A stretch of 64,000 nucleotides of DNA from Octopus sinensis (Eukaryota): positions 22,630,001 to 22,694,000 of the forward strand of contig NC_043014.1 of the NCBI RefSeq assembly GCF_006345805.1. The letters are read 5' to 3'. The notes below the pieces were generated by a model. That model worked only from the letters and a program-made list of their open reading frames with translations, was not told the DNA's origin and did no database searches. A program made the translations under genes and the position numbers. This document shows positions 49,860-62,107 of the stretch, one piece after another. Positions within the stretch are counted from its first letter, which is position 1; every line of letters begins with the position of its first letter.

Positions 49860-50600
49860 CTTCTTTCTCCTTCTAATCATCATCATCACCATCACCACCA
49901 CTGTCATCATCATCAATGTCACTGTCCCCCTCATCATTGTTGTCCTCATCAAAGTTTCTATCACCACTACCTCCACTATTACACCATCACAACCACCACC
50001 ACAATCATTATCATCATGTACATCATAGTCTTGCAGCTGCCATCACTACTACCATCTCCCTCTCTGCTGTTGTCACACAGTCAACTGCAGCACTAACAGC
50101 AGCATTATCCTCACTACTGTCACCTCATTGCCACAACAGCCATGAACAGTACCACAGTTAGTAGCACCAAATTTACCAACACCATGACTGCCATTGCCAT
50201 TACCATTACCACTATTACCATAATCATGTCCTGGGTACATTATAACTAAACTGAATTAGATGGTCATGACTGGAATATCTGTTATGATGGTACTGTTAGA
50301 TTAGGGATGACTTGGAGCCAAACAACAACAATAAACACAGAAACAGCAGCAGTAGCAGCTGTTCAAGAATTTGGACCTGGAGATCTCCATTTCCAGCGAC
50401 TTCGAGTGCCACCTCCCAGTGGTGTCGGACGTCAACAAAGAGCTCTCGACTACAACAAGACAACCAAAGTTTTTTTTTTCCAAGGTCTGGGGTCTCCCTA
50501 AGTCCTAGACCATCACCTAATCCCCCATACCTGTCTTGTTGCTTAACAACAACAACAGCAGTAACAGCAGCAGAAGCAGTAACAGCAATAACGGATGATA
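49860..50600. repeat. Mixed trinucleotide low-complexity region (CAT/CAC/AAC/AGC)
   Basis: Degenerate catcatcac, accaccac, aacaac and agcagc runs surrounding a GC-rich island at 50359-50470. Confidence 0.75.
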
Positions 50601-50739
50601 TAAAATATAAAAATTCGTAGAGTGTAACCCTGTCAAACTGAATTTTTGTTTGTTTTTATTTCAACTTTTTACTTTTGTAACTTCTTACATTTTCATTTCA
50701 GTGACAAATAAATCTACAGCAGTGTATCATAATATTACT

Positions 50740-50905
50740 CAGTCGTTATGTGTAAGAAGTTTGCTTCCAGCCATGTGGTTCTGGGTTCAATCTCATTGCA
50801 TGGTACCATGAGTAAGTGTCTTCTACTATAGCCTCAGAAACTGCCATATGTATATATATATGTGTGTGTGTGTATTTGTGTCTGTTTATCCCCACCCCTT
50901 GACAA
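50740..50905 (+). mobile_element. tRNA-derived SINE 5'/middle portion
   Basis: gtaagaagtttgcttccagccatgtggttctgggttcaatctc...aagtgtcttctactatagcctc, (gt)n, ccccttgacaacc. Confidence 0.65.
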
Positions 50906-51091
50906 CCAGGCTTGGATTTTGAGTTCCAAATTTCATTAGGATTGGTGCAGTAGTTTGCGAATGTATAAGTAACACATGAACACACATAAAGACATTGACT
51001 TTTATATAAAAGATATGAATATGCACATATACGTACATGCATATATATGTGTGTGTATATATAATACACACACACACACACACACACATAA

Positions 51092-51664
51092 TCTATAGCC
51101 CTTCCAATTGCTATAAATTCGTAACGCATCTTACGGCTGTGCCTGTCACCTGCATGGTGAGGAATCCTACATTGGGGAGTGGTAACGACTAGAGTAGGGT
51201 AGCTGACTGCATATTGTGATCATTCATCTTTTGGTTTCCTGTAGCTTTGCTTTAAGCCCAGTGAACATACATATATTTCCTATTTCAAAGAGATTCGAAC
51301 AATAGATATAAGACCCAAGTTAAAAAGATTCTCAACAATTCAACTTCTCTGGTTGACATTAAGACACCCACCCCCAATAGGGACCTTAACTTCCATATTT
51401 TAGACCTCCATTTTTCAGGAGCAAAATCCTTTTAACAGGTTCAGTAAGACTGGAATTTTGGAATCTGTGCATAAAGATCAGTTGTATGGGATACATGTAT
51501 CATGATTAGAATTTTTTTAGGGTGTGCAAAGAGAGAAAGAACCCTCATCTGCAATTTTGATGAAATTCTAATCATAGGTCTTCTAGTTCATTAAAGAAAA
51601 TATAACAGAAAAGTCTAATTTTTCAATTGCATGTAACCTGGGCAACGCCGGGTATCTCTGCTAG
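51092..51664 (+). mobile_element. Short non-autonomous Helitron
   Basis: A|TC start at 51092; 3' hairpin cctgggcaacgccggg (51637-51652) followed by CTAG|T at 51661-51665. Confidence 0.75.
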
Positions 51665-51929
51665 TTTTTTATATATATATATATATTTTCAAGATTAAAT
51701 AAAAAGACAACAAATGGAAAATATGACATACCTATGTATGTATGTATATATAGTAAAGCAGTAGCCACATCAAAGTGGCAGTTGAATGTTACTTCTAGTG
51801 GATTCTCTGCAATCTTTGCCTGTTAGAGAAACTGAGCTGATGAACTCATGCAGGCACGCAACCAAATTTAAAATGTCAAACATAAATATACCATAGAGTA
51901 TATTTTATCTTTTTGTACTTTTGAATTTT

Positions 51930-53190
51930 GAAATTTTGATTTTTGATTCTTGGACTAGTCTGTAAACGTACCGATGAATTTGTTTCGCGCTATGCAGATT
52001 TCATTCCGTATAGCAAAGTCTTGTGCATATATTTTGTTTATTTTGTTTATATTTCTACATATTCCTTAGGAAAAACCTTCGGCTTAGTTTATTTCATGTT
52101 ATTATATTGTATAGGCTTACTTTGATATTTAATTTATAGATGATCCGAAATAGGGTGTTATATTTTACATGTCTTTCGTATAATTTTTTATTATTACACT
52201 CACCATTTTTTAAAAATCAATGTTGTCAGAACCTAGGCATTTTGATGTAAATATGTGTATAGCCACGAATATGTATTTGTAAGCATATGTCTTTGTATAT
52301 GTGTAAGTGAGCGTATGTTTGTACTTAAGCACATACATACACGATCGTATGTGTATGTATCCACTTGAACTTGTGTGTTTGCATACTTGTCTTTATATAT
52401 ATGTGTCAGTATATGTGCTTACACAGTTTGTATACATAATTTTTCTTCTCTCGTTTTCCCCTCCCCCTTTTTCTTTTTTCTTCTTTTTTCCCTCTCTTCC
52501 CTTTTTTCTCTCTCTTCCTTTCTTTCGTGTTTTCTCTCTCTTACTTTTCGTTACTTGTGGAGTACTGTAACTTTATGTCCCCCCCTCCCTTACCCATGTC
52601 TTCAACTTTATATCGTAAATAAGAACGCCCCTTCCCCATCCATGATTTTAGCTTATAGTCTTTATAGATACAGTGGTTTTGCGTGCGAAATAGATTGCAT
52701 ATGTATATGTGTACATGCATTTGTGTGTATATTTTAGCTTTATATTTATACGTCTGTATATGTATGTGGTCTGCACGCATCTATCTGTGTATGTTGATGT
52801 ATATATGTATAGTTTAATATGAATATGTACTGCCTTGTAATATTTTAATGCATTTTAACATTTTAATTTCAATTTCCATGTATTAATTATATTTCCTTTA
52901 TTAATGACAATATGTATTTTATTCAATGTAAGGTTTTTTTCCTTGAATTTTATAATTTATATATATATATATATATATATATTGAGCTCATTTTTGTTTA
53001 TCGCTCGAAAATTGACCGTTATTTGTAAAGAACCAATCAAATAAGTCCATTTTTAAAGGTGTAGCATTTATACTTGTCTGGATAGAATTGACATATCGGT
53101 TCTATTCTAGCAAAAACTGTCCGATGAACAGCAACGCGAAACTCAGAGTAACAGGTTTTGTTGAATTTTCTGCTGCTTTAAATAAAGTAT
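51930..53190 (+). mobile_element. T-rich non-coding PLE-type 3'UTR/pLTR segment ending in a hammerhead
   Basis: T- and GT-rich body, pyrimidine tract at 52440-52550, HHR at 53110-53161, then (TA)n; left boundary uncertain. Confidence 0.5.
53110..53161 (+). ncRNA. Type I hammerhead motif, U4C core variant
   Basis: GCAAAAACUGU-CCGAUGA-aca GC aac GC-GAAA-C U cag A G-UA^ACAGGUUUUGU; 11-nt helix I with one mismatch. Confidence 0.65.
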
Positions 53191-53199
53191 ATATATATA

Positions 53200-53595
53200 T
53201 ATATAGCCTGTCTGGCTCCCCGTGATGGTGGCATGTAAAAAGCACCACCCAAAGGTGGTCGATGCCAGCCCCTTTGCCTCAACAGGCTCCTGTGCCAGTG
53301 GCACATAAAAAGTACCATCTGAACGTAGCCGATGCAAGCACCACCTTGACTGGCTTCCATGTTGGTGGCACGTAAAAGCACCATCCAAACACGGTCGATG
53401 CCAGCCACTATGGCCCCTGTGCTGGTGGCATGTAAAAAGCACCCACTATACTCTCGTAGTGATTGGCATTAGGAAGGACATTCAGCTGTAGAAACACTGC
53501 CAGATCAGAATGGAATCTAGTGCAGCCTCCTGGCTTCCCAGACCCCAGTCAAACCGTCCAACCCATGGAAAACGGATGTTAAACGATGATGCTGA
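53200..53595 (+). mobile_element. RTE 3'UTR fragment with about four ~60-bp units and tail
   Basis: Recurrent ggtggcacgtaaaaagcaccatc...gatgccagc; ends ccatggaaaacggatgttaaacgatgatg. Confidence 0.82.
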
Positions 53596-54184
53596 TATAT
53601 ATATATGATCATACATTTTACAACCCACTTGTTTGAAAACTCATGCAATGCTAATTTTCTGAAGATTTACTTATATGAAAGCATCTCTTGCATGACACAC
53701 TTGCATTGAATACTTGCATGCACACTGCTGGCACACACACCATGCAGACTCACTTGCATATTTGTACTCATATTATGCTGACCCTCATTTACATCTGGCA
53801 TCCCTTGGCTGGCTCACCATCTCCATCAATCACTTATGTTAGTAGTTTTGCATATTCATTGTCTATTCATATTGATTGCTGTTTTCTCAGCAAACTAGGA
53901 AAAGGCTAATGTAGAAAACCCATGCAGTCGACCATTTTAGAGGCATCTCTGTCACATTATTTAAACCAATCAGAAATTTTGGTTTATTGATAATTACTTT
54001 GTGAGCTCAAATTTTGGCAGAATCATCAGTGAGTTGGACAAAATGCTTAGCAGCATTTCTTCTAGCTCTTCATGTCCTTAATCTAACTTTGTCTTTCATC
54101 TTTCCAGGGATGTAACATAAAGTGCTTCTCGAGTACTGGAGTCTGTATAATCAACTAAGTGCTTTCACTCTAAATTCCTAGCCT

Positions 54185-55270
54185 TGTACCTTAGAAATAA
54201 TAATAATATACACCCAAAACGTGATATTGACAAACTGTATATGCCTAGGAATAAGAGAGGAAGAGGCTTCATAGGATTCAAGATCTGTGTTGTCAATGAG
54301 AAGAACAGTATAGGATGGTACACCAAACAGCAGAGTGAACCCTTGCTTGCCGCTGTTATAATTAACATTACCTACAGAAAATGTGATGCACCAACAAATA
54401 TTTAAGAAACAAAACACAAAAGAAAGAATAAACAATTTGAAAATGAAATCACTGCATGGGCAACACTTCAGGGAAATTGAAGAAAAAGACAAGACCAACA
54501 CTTGGAGAAGGCTAAGAAAAAGTAATCTGAAAGGATGCACTGAGGCATTGATAAGCAATGCCCACAGCAACAATGAAACAATCTCACATATTTTGAGTGA
54601 GTGTAGCAAGCTGGCCCAAAAGCACTAGAAAAAGAGGCATGATAATGTGGCTAAGTTTGTTCAATGGAGACTATGTGAAAAGTACAGCCTGGATAGAGCA
54701 CAGAAATGGTATGAACATGAACCAGAAGATGTCATCGAGAACAATGAATATAAAATACTGTGGGATTTTACGATCCACTGTGACTCTTTAATTGATGATC
54801 AGAGACCAGACATTGTTGTGGTAGATTAAGAAAACCAAGATTATAGATATTGCAATACCTGGGGATGCACACATAAGTGACAAAGAAATAGAAAAGATTG
54901 AAAAATACAGACTACTAACAGAAAAAATTGCTAGAATGTGGATTATGAAGAGAGTGCCTGTCATTCCAGTAATTGTAGGAGCACTTGGAGTACTAACAAC
55001 CAAGTTCGAGAAATATGTCAGAGAAATTGGAATTGACATGAGAGCAGAGCAAGTCCAAAAAACTGCTCTGCTGGGGAAAGCTAGGATTTTGAGATTGTTT
55101 CTTGGGTGTTGAATGTCTTCCACAATGATTAATAACCAATTATCAAAGCTTAGAATGTGTGGAAAGTGATCCTGTGAGACCTCTGACAACAGGCTGCTGT
55201 CCACTCTCAGAGAATCGACCAGAGCAAACAAGACTGAGCACTCTGAGAAGTAAAACAACAACAACAACAA
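54185..55270 (+). mobile_element. R4/Dong-clade LINE 3' portion (zinc knuckle and restriction-like endonuclease)
   Basis: LYMPRNKRGRG, ETISHILSECSKLA..RHDNV, ILWDF..RPDIVVVD, IIDIAIPGD, PVIVGALG; (AAC)n tail; (AAT)n at the 5' junction. Confidence 0.85.
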
Positions 55271-55304
55271 GAATAATTATTATCATTATTATGATTATTA
55301 ATAT

Positions 55305-57260
55305 AGAAGATGTCACACAATATTCAATATCGTGATGTTGTTGATTGAAGATATTGTGTCAACTATGGGTTTGCACTGTTTGCCAAGTCACAACAGGGAC
55401 CTCAGACAGACAGTACTTTACAAACTATGCATGTAGTTCCAAGTAAAGCCGATTTTTGCAAAACGCCAAGATTGTAAGGTATTTCTAAATTCTCAAGATG
55501 TTTCTTCAGGGTTAGGGTTAGGGTTAGAGTTAGGGTTAGGGTATTGAACCCAATGTTCTGATGACTACAGGGACAACCTTTATGTTTTACTCTCGTAGCT
55601 GCCACATCTTGTTTCCATATTTATCAGTCTTTTCTCTTTCTTTCATGATGACATGTTGATCTCCTGGTACTACCACATCGATTATTAGGCACTCTTGTTT
55701 GTCCCACCTAAAGGTTATATCTGGCCTTTGGTGCTCCAGCACTTTGTATGTCTGGAAGTCAAAATCTCAGAGGATCTTTACCTTCCCCTTTTCATCTATT
55801 ACTTTTTCTTGTGTGTGTTGGTACCAAGCACCCATTCCCTCATATCCATACTTCCAGCATAGTAGCCAGTGAAAGTTTTTGTTTTCCTTGTTGTGTCTGT
55901 ACTTGTACTCTTTCTGCACAAGACTTTCACAAGCACTAACGATGTGAGTCACATTTTCGACCCTCTTCCTACACATTCTGCAGAAGTTCATTGCACTTGT
56001 GTGTATATATCCCTTTTGACTGAGTTGGTATTCAATGCCTGATCCTGGGCAGCAAAGATTAGGCTTTCAGTTTTCTTTTTAAGGTTACCCTTGCTGAGCC
56101 ACCTCCATGACACTTCCTGGTCTTTTAAGTTGTTGGTTTCATGGTGGAACTGACTATGTAATTCCATGCAAAATAGAGTTTCTTTTCTCTTGTTTGCTAT
56201 TCTTAATCAGAATCCATTAGCACTCTCAAGCCCATTGTTGGTAAATCCTTCTGCATTAGCAGCCTACTGTAGCAAGTCTTGTTTTCTGTTTATGAAATAC
56301 TTTGCCATGTTTCTTCTTTTACTGTTGATGTGCTCCCATATGCTAATCAGCCCATATCCACCTTTACACATCTTCATATAGAGCCTGTGTACATTCACCT
56401 TAGGGAGGAGGGCACGATGCATTGTCATTGCTTTTCGGGTGGTGCAATTGAGTTGTTTAGTCTCCACCTGTGTCCATTTCAGAATGGGCACACTACAGTG
56501 GACTACAGTAACATCCCATATGTTGATGGCAGTCACAAGGTTCTTTGCATTGAGTTTTGACTTCAAGAGAACTTCAAGGCACTTCAAATATGCAGTGGTA
56601 ACTTTGTCTTTCATTTCTCTGTGCAAGATATTGTCCAGCTCCAGGATCCCAAGGTACTTGTACACATCATCATTCAGGTGTTCCATTTGCTCTCTCTGGC
56701 AATCCTATGTCCCTACAATCTGCTCTTCACTTCTATTTCAAAGTGAGCATTGTACTCATTGAGATACCGAATTCCATCTTTATATCCTTGCTGTACATCT
56801 GCAGTCTCAACCAACCTCTACTTTTGCAAACAGCTTTAAATCATTCATAAAGAAAAGGTGGTTGAGATGAGGTCCATTCTTTCTCAGCTCATAACACATG
56901 TTGACTTTGCATAGAATTACAGAAGATGGGATCAAGGCTATAACAAATAACAAAAGTGAACAAGAATTTCCCTGGAAGATACCCCAGCTGAGTGTTGATT
57001 GCTACAGAAAAGACATGTCTTCCAGCTAGGCATGTTGTTCTTGATCAGTGCACACACATTCTCAGCTATTCCACACATCTTGAGTGTTTCCAGAGTCCAC
57101 GAATGCAACAACATGTAAGCCTTTTTGAAGTCTATCCAGGCCATGCACAAGTTTTTTGGTACTGTTTGCAGTTCTTCATTACAACCTTGTCTATCACAAG
57201 GTGGTCCCTGATGCCCTTGGGTCCTTTTATGTATCCCTTTTGTTCTACTGGAAGCAGATT
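55305..57260 (-). mobile_element. Second R4/Dong-clade LINE relic (RT to RLE)
   Basis: AWIDFKKAY, YKYLGILE..LKSKLNAKNLVTAIN, CRMCRKRVENVTHIVSACESLVQKEYKYRH, LQKSALLGT. Confidence 0.85.
55508..55542 (+). repeat. Interstitial telomeric-type repeat (TTAGGG) x~5
   Basis: agggttagggttagggttagagttagggttagggt inside the LINE coding relic. Confidence 0.85.
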
Positions 57261-57289
57261 GCTATTATTGTTGTTGTTATTATTATTAT

Positions 57290-57760
57290 CCTAGTGCATG
57301 CTAGTTTAGTTAAGTATTTTAGTTTGATTTTTGGTCACATGTCTCCCCAAATCTCAAGAAACTTCCTTTGGATCCTTGCAGAATATAGGATGGTACTTTT
57401 GTGCAGGTCAACATTTAGGTAACATTTAGGATATTGTGCCAAGTACACCAATTACTACTGGTTGTCATGGTCTTCCACAGTCTCCTCAGCTTTCTGGCTA
57501 GATCCTGATAATTTATGAAGTATTTCAATTTCTCTGCTATTGACTCTACTCTCATAGGGAATTGAAAAGTCTACAATCTTACACTGTTTGTTTAGTTTGT
57601 CCTCTATAATTATGCCTCAATAGTATGGTCAGTCTTTACAAGATCTTGTAATTCTCATTTTCTATCACAGCCTTTTGTTTTTGTCCATACCACTTTTCTA
57701 TTGTTTTGAAGCCATTGTAAGTCTTGTTCCTGAGCAGCTATAATAATTAGTGTTTCTGTC
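57290..57760 (-). mobile_element. Third, older R4/Dong-like C-terminal relic
   Basis: Minus strand KWYGQKQKAVIENENYKIL...PVVIGVLG..LYSARIQRKFL; (TAA/CAA)n tail at 57262-57290. Confidence 0.55.
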
Positions 57761-59697
57761 TCTTGTTTCAAGTTCTCATTTGTCAACCAGAGCCAGCAAT
57801 CTTTACTTCCAATTATTATTATCTTTGTTATTATTATTTGTTTTTTGGTGCATTAAATAGAACATATGATCAATTTAAATTCCCCATTGTCATATGTAAC
57901 TTGTCTGTTGAGCCAATATATTGCTATATTAAGCAAGGAAAGATATATTCCAACACTTATGTTTGAGATGTTTTTTCTCTCTTTCTCTCATTTCATGTGT
58001 GTGTGTGTGTGCATGTTTTCAGCCCTGACAGATCAAGATCTATTATATTAAATCACAAGGCACTTTAAACAAAGTAAGGAACCGTTTTCCCTTCCTAATA
58101 ACTTTTATCAGTTTAAAACCATGCACTCTCAGCTGAAGTCAATGATCTCATTGCACACATTACTCTAAAACATAGAATATTTTTATTGACATGCACATTT
58201 GCTGCACACATTATTCAATTAACTTTCTAAAACGCAAAATATATTTGTGCATTTTCCACAAAATCTACATCATGAATTATTTAACTGACATATTGATATA
58301 CTGGTTTACACATAACCTTGATTAATGTAAATCTGTTACATTTGCTATTTTCAGTGTCCACTGTATAATTACTACTAACGTAATCCAATAAGAGCCAATA
58401 AGATTTATTATTATTATTTTTTGTTGGTATGTAGGAAATAGAAAGGAAAAATATATATATAATTCATTATTATTCTTATTCCTACATATAATACTTTTAA
58501 TACCTAACAATTTAAGAAATGTTTTTGATTTATTTTCAAGCAATATATTACAATTATCAAATGTATGCAGAGGATAATACTTAATATTTTTTGTTTAATT
58601 TCTCAACATTTTTTGTTTAATTTCTCTACATTTTTTGTACAAACTGAGTTCAAGTTCTGCTGAGATTGTATTTGCCCTGTGTTTATTCAGGTCTATAAAA
58701 GTACCAGTTATATATTAGGGAGAGGCATTGTAATTAAATCAAAACTGTATTCAATATTATGGAAAAATCCATATTTTTTTCAAGGCATATATACCACACA
58801 AATACTCTCATTTATCACTTAATACTGTCATAAACTAGGAAGTTGTAAGCTTCATCGCACTTTTGTGACCTGGTTTCTGATACAATTCCACTGCAGTCAT
58901 CTCCCACAATATAATTATTCCAGTTTCAAAATGCAATATTAAATCAAGTCACTTACCAAGCAGGTACAATTCCTAAAGAATATATGACTTCATGTAAAAG
59001 CTCAGGATAAAGAGTTCAGTTGTGTCTTGAAGAACTTGATGAGATCTCTGAAATGAATTTTACCTATTGCTGCACCATCCTGATTGGTACAGTGATGCAT
59101 GGTTTGTTTAAATGTATGAGTTACTCATTTTATGAGTGTGTTTCTAAGGAAATATAGAGTATATGCTTCAATTAATTTTGAAAATGATAAAAAAAAAATT
59201 GGTAGGATTCAGCAAAATAACTAACATTTTCTTTTAATGATATATTAAGCTGGGTCTTGGGAACATCACCAAAATTATGGCTGAAAGTTTAAATTTAGAA
59301 CTAAGCGCGTTAAAATTGACTGTGTTGTATCAGAGAGGAAGAAAGAGGCTTGAGGGTGGGTATCAAAATGGCTAAGACAGCCAAATAATTTGGCTGATAT
59401 TTCAAAATATTCTGTCACAATAACTTATTTTGTATTATTCACAAATTGTGTCTGGTGAGAAGAATTTTTACAGAATGTGGAGAGAGAGAGAGCTGTAGTT
59501 ATGCTATGTCTGAGAATCTTAAGAAAAAGCAAGCTAGTCAAATGAAAGCAATGCTTTCCTAGATGAGAATGTGTATGGAGGCAAGTCAAGTAAGATTAGT
59601 GAATGCTTGCTAACCCCATAAATTTGATGGCTCCTATAAAAGAATGGCTATTAGCCCACTTACTATATCATGTGTGTGCAAATGTTTAAAGTGTGCA

Positions 59698-59699
<2 letters not shown>

Positions 59700-59751
<52 letters not shown>

Positions 59752-59888
59752 CATACATACATACATACTTCTTATATATACACACACATATATGTATGTG
59801 TATATTTTATTTCATATGTATGTATGTGTGTATGCTTGTGTATCTTATTGTTTCTTCATAATACATACATATATGTGTGTGTGTGTGC

Positions 59889-59933
<45 letters not shown>

Positions 59934-60025
59934 AAATATATATGTATATATATATGTATGTATAAATGTATAAATATATATGTATTATGTATATATATAT
60001 ATATATATGTATAAATATATATGTA

Positions 60026-60068
<43 letters not shown>

Positions 60069-60179
60069 ATATGTATATATATATGTATATAATGTATGTA
60101 TATATATATGTATATATATGTATATATATTTGTATATATATGTATATATATATGTATATATATATGTATATATATATGT

Positions 60180-60220
<41 letters not shown>

Positions 60221-60221
60221 G
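59700..60221. repeat. (TA)n/(TG)n microsatellite
   Basis: TA alternation with G interruptions. Confidence 0.95.
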
Positions 60222-61243
60222 ACCTTTGGAAATATTCTGTACGTGAGAAGACCAGGCAGGACAAGTGAGCCCAGCCCACTTATGAATGCCTTTCCTCCCT
60301 TGGACACAAAGACCGGTTGAGGCAAGCGAAGTCGATATAGAACCTCATCCGACGACAGACACCCATCCCAACCCCCCATGCTTGCGAAGACATGTTGGGG
60401 CAAGCGAAATCGAAATCGAAATCGAAACCGAATTGAACAGCCAGGATCCCTGGCCTGGTGGTACGTAAAAAGCACTATCCGACTCGGGGCCGTGGCACGT
60501 AAAATACTCCAATGCGACCGTACGACAGGCACCCATGCCAACCCCCTTTGCTTGTGAAGACATGTTGGGGCAAGCGAAATCGAAATCGAATTGAACCAGC
60601 CAGGATCCCTGGTCTGGTGGTACGTAAAGCACTATCCGACTCGTGGCCGTGGCACGTAAAATACTCCAATGCGACCGTACGACAGGCACCCTTGCCAACC
60701 CCCTTTGCTTGTGAAGACATGTTGGGGCAAGCGAATCGAAATCGAATTGAACCAGCCAGTATCCCTTGTCTGGTGGTACGTAAAGCACTATCCGACTCGT
60801 GGCCGTGGCACGTAAAATACTCCAATGCGACCGTACGACAGGCACCCTTGCCAACCCCCTTTGTTTGTGAAGACATGTTGGGGCAAGCGAAATCGAAATC
60901 GAATTGAACCAGCCAGGATCCCTGGTCTGGTGGTACGTAAAAAGCACTATCCGACTCGTGGCCGATGCCAGCACCGCCTCGACTGGCTTCCGTGCCGGTG
61001 GCACATAAAATACACCAATCTGACCGTGGCCGTTGCCAGCCCCGCCTGGCACCTGTGCAGGTGGCACGTAAAAAGCACCCACTACACTCACGGAGTGGTT
61101 GGCGTTAGGAAGGGCATCCAGCTGTAGAAACATTGCCAAATTTAGACTGGAGCCTGGTGCAGCCTTCTGGCTTCCCAGAACCCCGGTCGAACCGTCCAAC
61201 CCATGCTAGCATGGAGAACGGACGTTAAACGACGATGATGATG
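60222..61243 (+). mobile_element. RTE 3' end with ~156-bp internal tandem array and (GAT)n tail
   Basis: [14 protein letters not shown] then units starting at 60380, 60550, 60707 and 60863, followed by a standard tail. Confidence 0.9.
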
Positions 61244-61513
61244 ATATATATATGTATATATATATATGTATACATATATATATGTATATATATATGTATA
61301 TATATATATGTATACATATATATATGTATATATATGTATATATATATATGTATATATATATATATAATATATATATATATATATAATATATGTATATATA
61401 TATTATATATGTATACATATATATGTATATATATATATATATGTATACATATATATGTATATATATTATATGTATATTATATATATGTATATATATATAT
61501 ATGTATATATATG

Positions 61514-61544
<31 letters not shown>

Positions 61545-61661
61545 GTATATATATATATGTATATATTATATATATATGTATATATAGTATGTATATATAT
61601 ATATGTATATATATATATGTATATATATATACGTATATATATATATGTATATATGTGTATG

Positions 61662-61697
<36 letters not shown>

Positions 61698-61713
61698 GGT
61701 ATGTATACATATG

Positions 61714-61749
<36 letters not shown>

Positions 61750-61821
61750 TGTATGTATATATATATATGTATATATATATATGTATATATATATGTATAT
61801 ATATATGTATATATATATATG

Positions 61822-61868
<47 letters not shown>

Positions 61869-61885
61869 GTATATATATATATAGT
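61244..61885. repeat. (TA)n/(TATG)n microsatellite
   Basis: TA alternation with G interruptions. Confidence 0.96.
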
Positions 61886-62062
61886 ACGTTTAAATATTTG
61901 TTGTGCAAGATTTTTTATGTGAAGTCGTGTGTTGAAACAGATATTGTTATATTTCGGAATGGTCATATTGCCAGTTTAGCCAATAAAAACACACGCACTA
62001 TATATTTGGTGTTATTTTGCTTCAGTGATGTTTATTTTTTACATTAATCTTAATCTTATTTC

Positions 62063-62107
62063 GGCCAAAGTTCTTTCGTCACACTCCTGTGACCGCATCA
62101 GTGGTCC
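62063..62107 (-). ncRNA. Non-canonical hammerhead motif (A9C plus extra G, CUU site)
   Basis: GGACCA-CUGAUGC-G-GUCAC aggagu GUGAC-GAAA-G aa C-UU^UGGCC; helices I-III pair. Confidence 0.6.

Noticed and set aside
51826-51990. gaaactgagctgatgaactc and ccgatgaatttgtttcgcg core-like words
   Set aside because: Order and pairing are incompatible with any hammerhead topology I could construct.
55508-55542. True telomere or chromosome-fusion site
   Set aside because: Only about five units in one orientation, embedded in a LINE relic with colinear sequence on both sides.
58957-58972. 16-nt minus-strand micro-exon (ttctttag / gtaagt); similar lone donor at ~30285
   Set aside because: Such signals are expected by chance in this much AT-rich DNA and have no other support.
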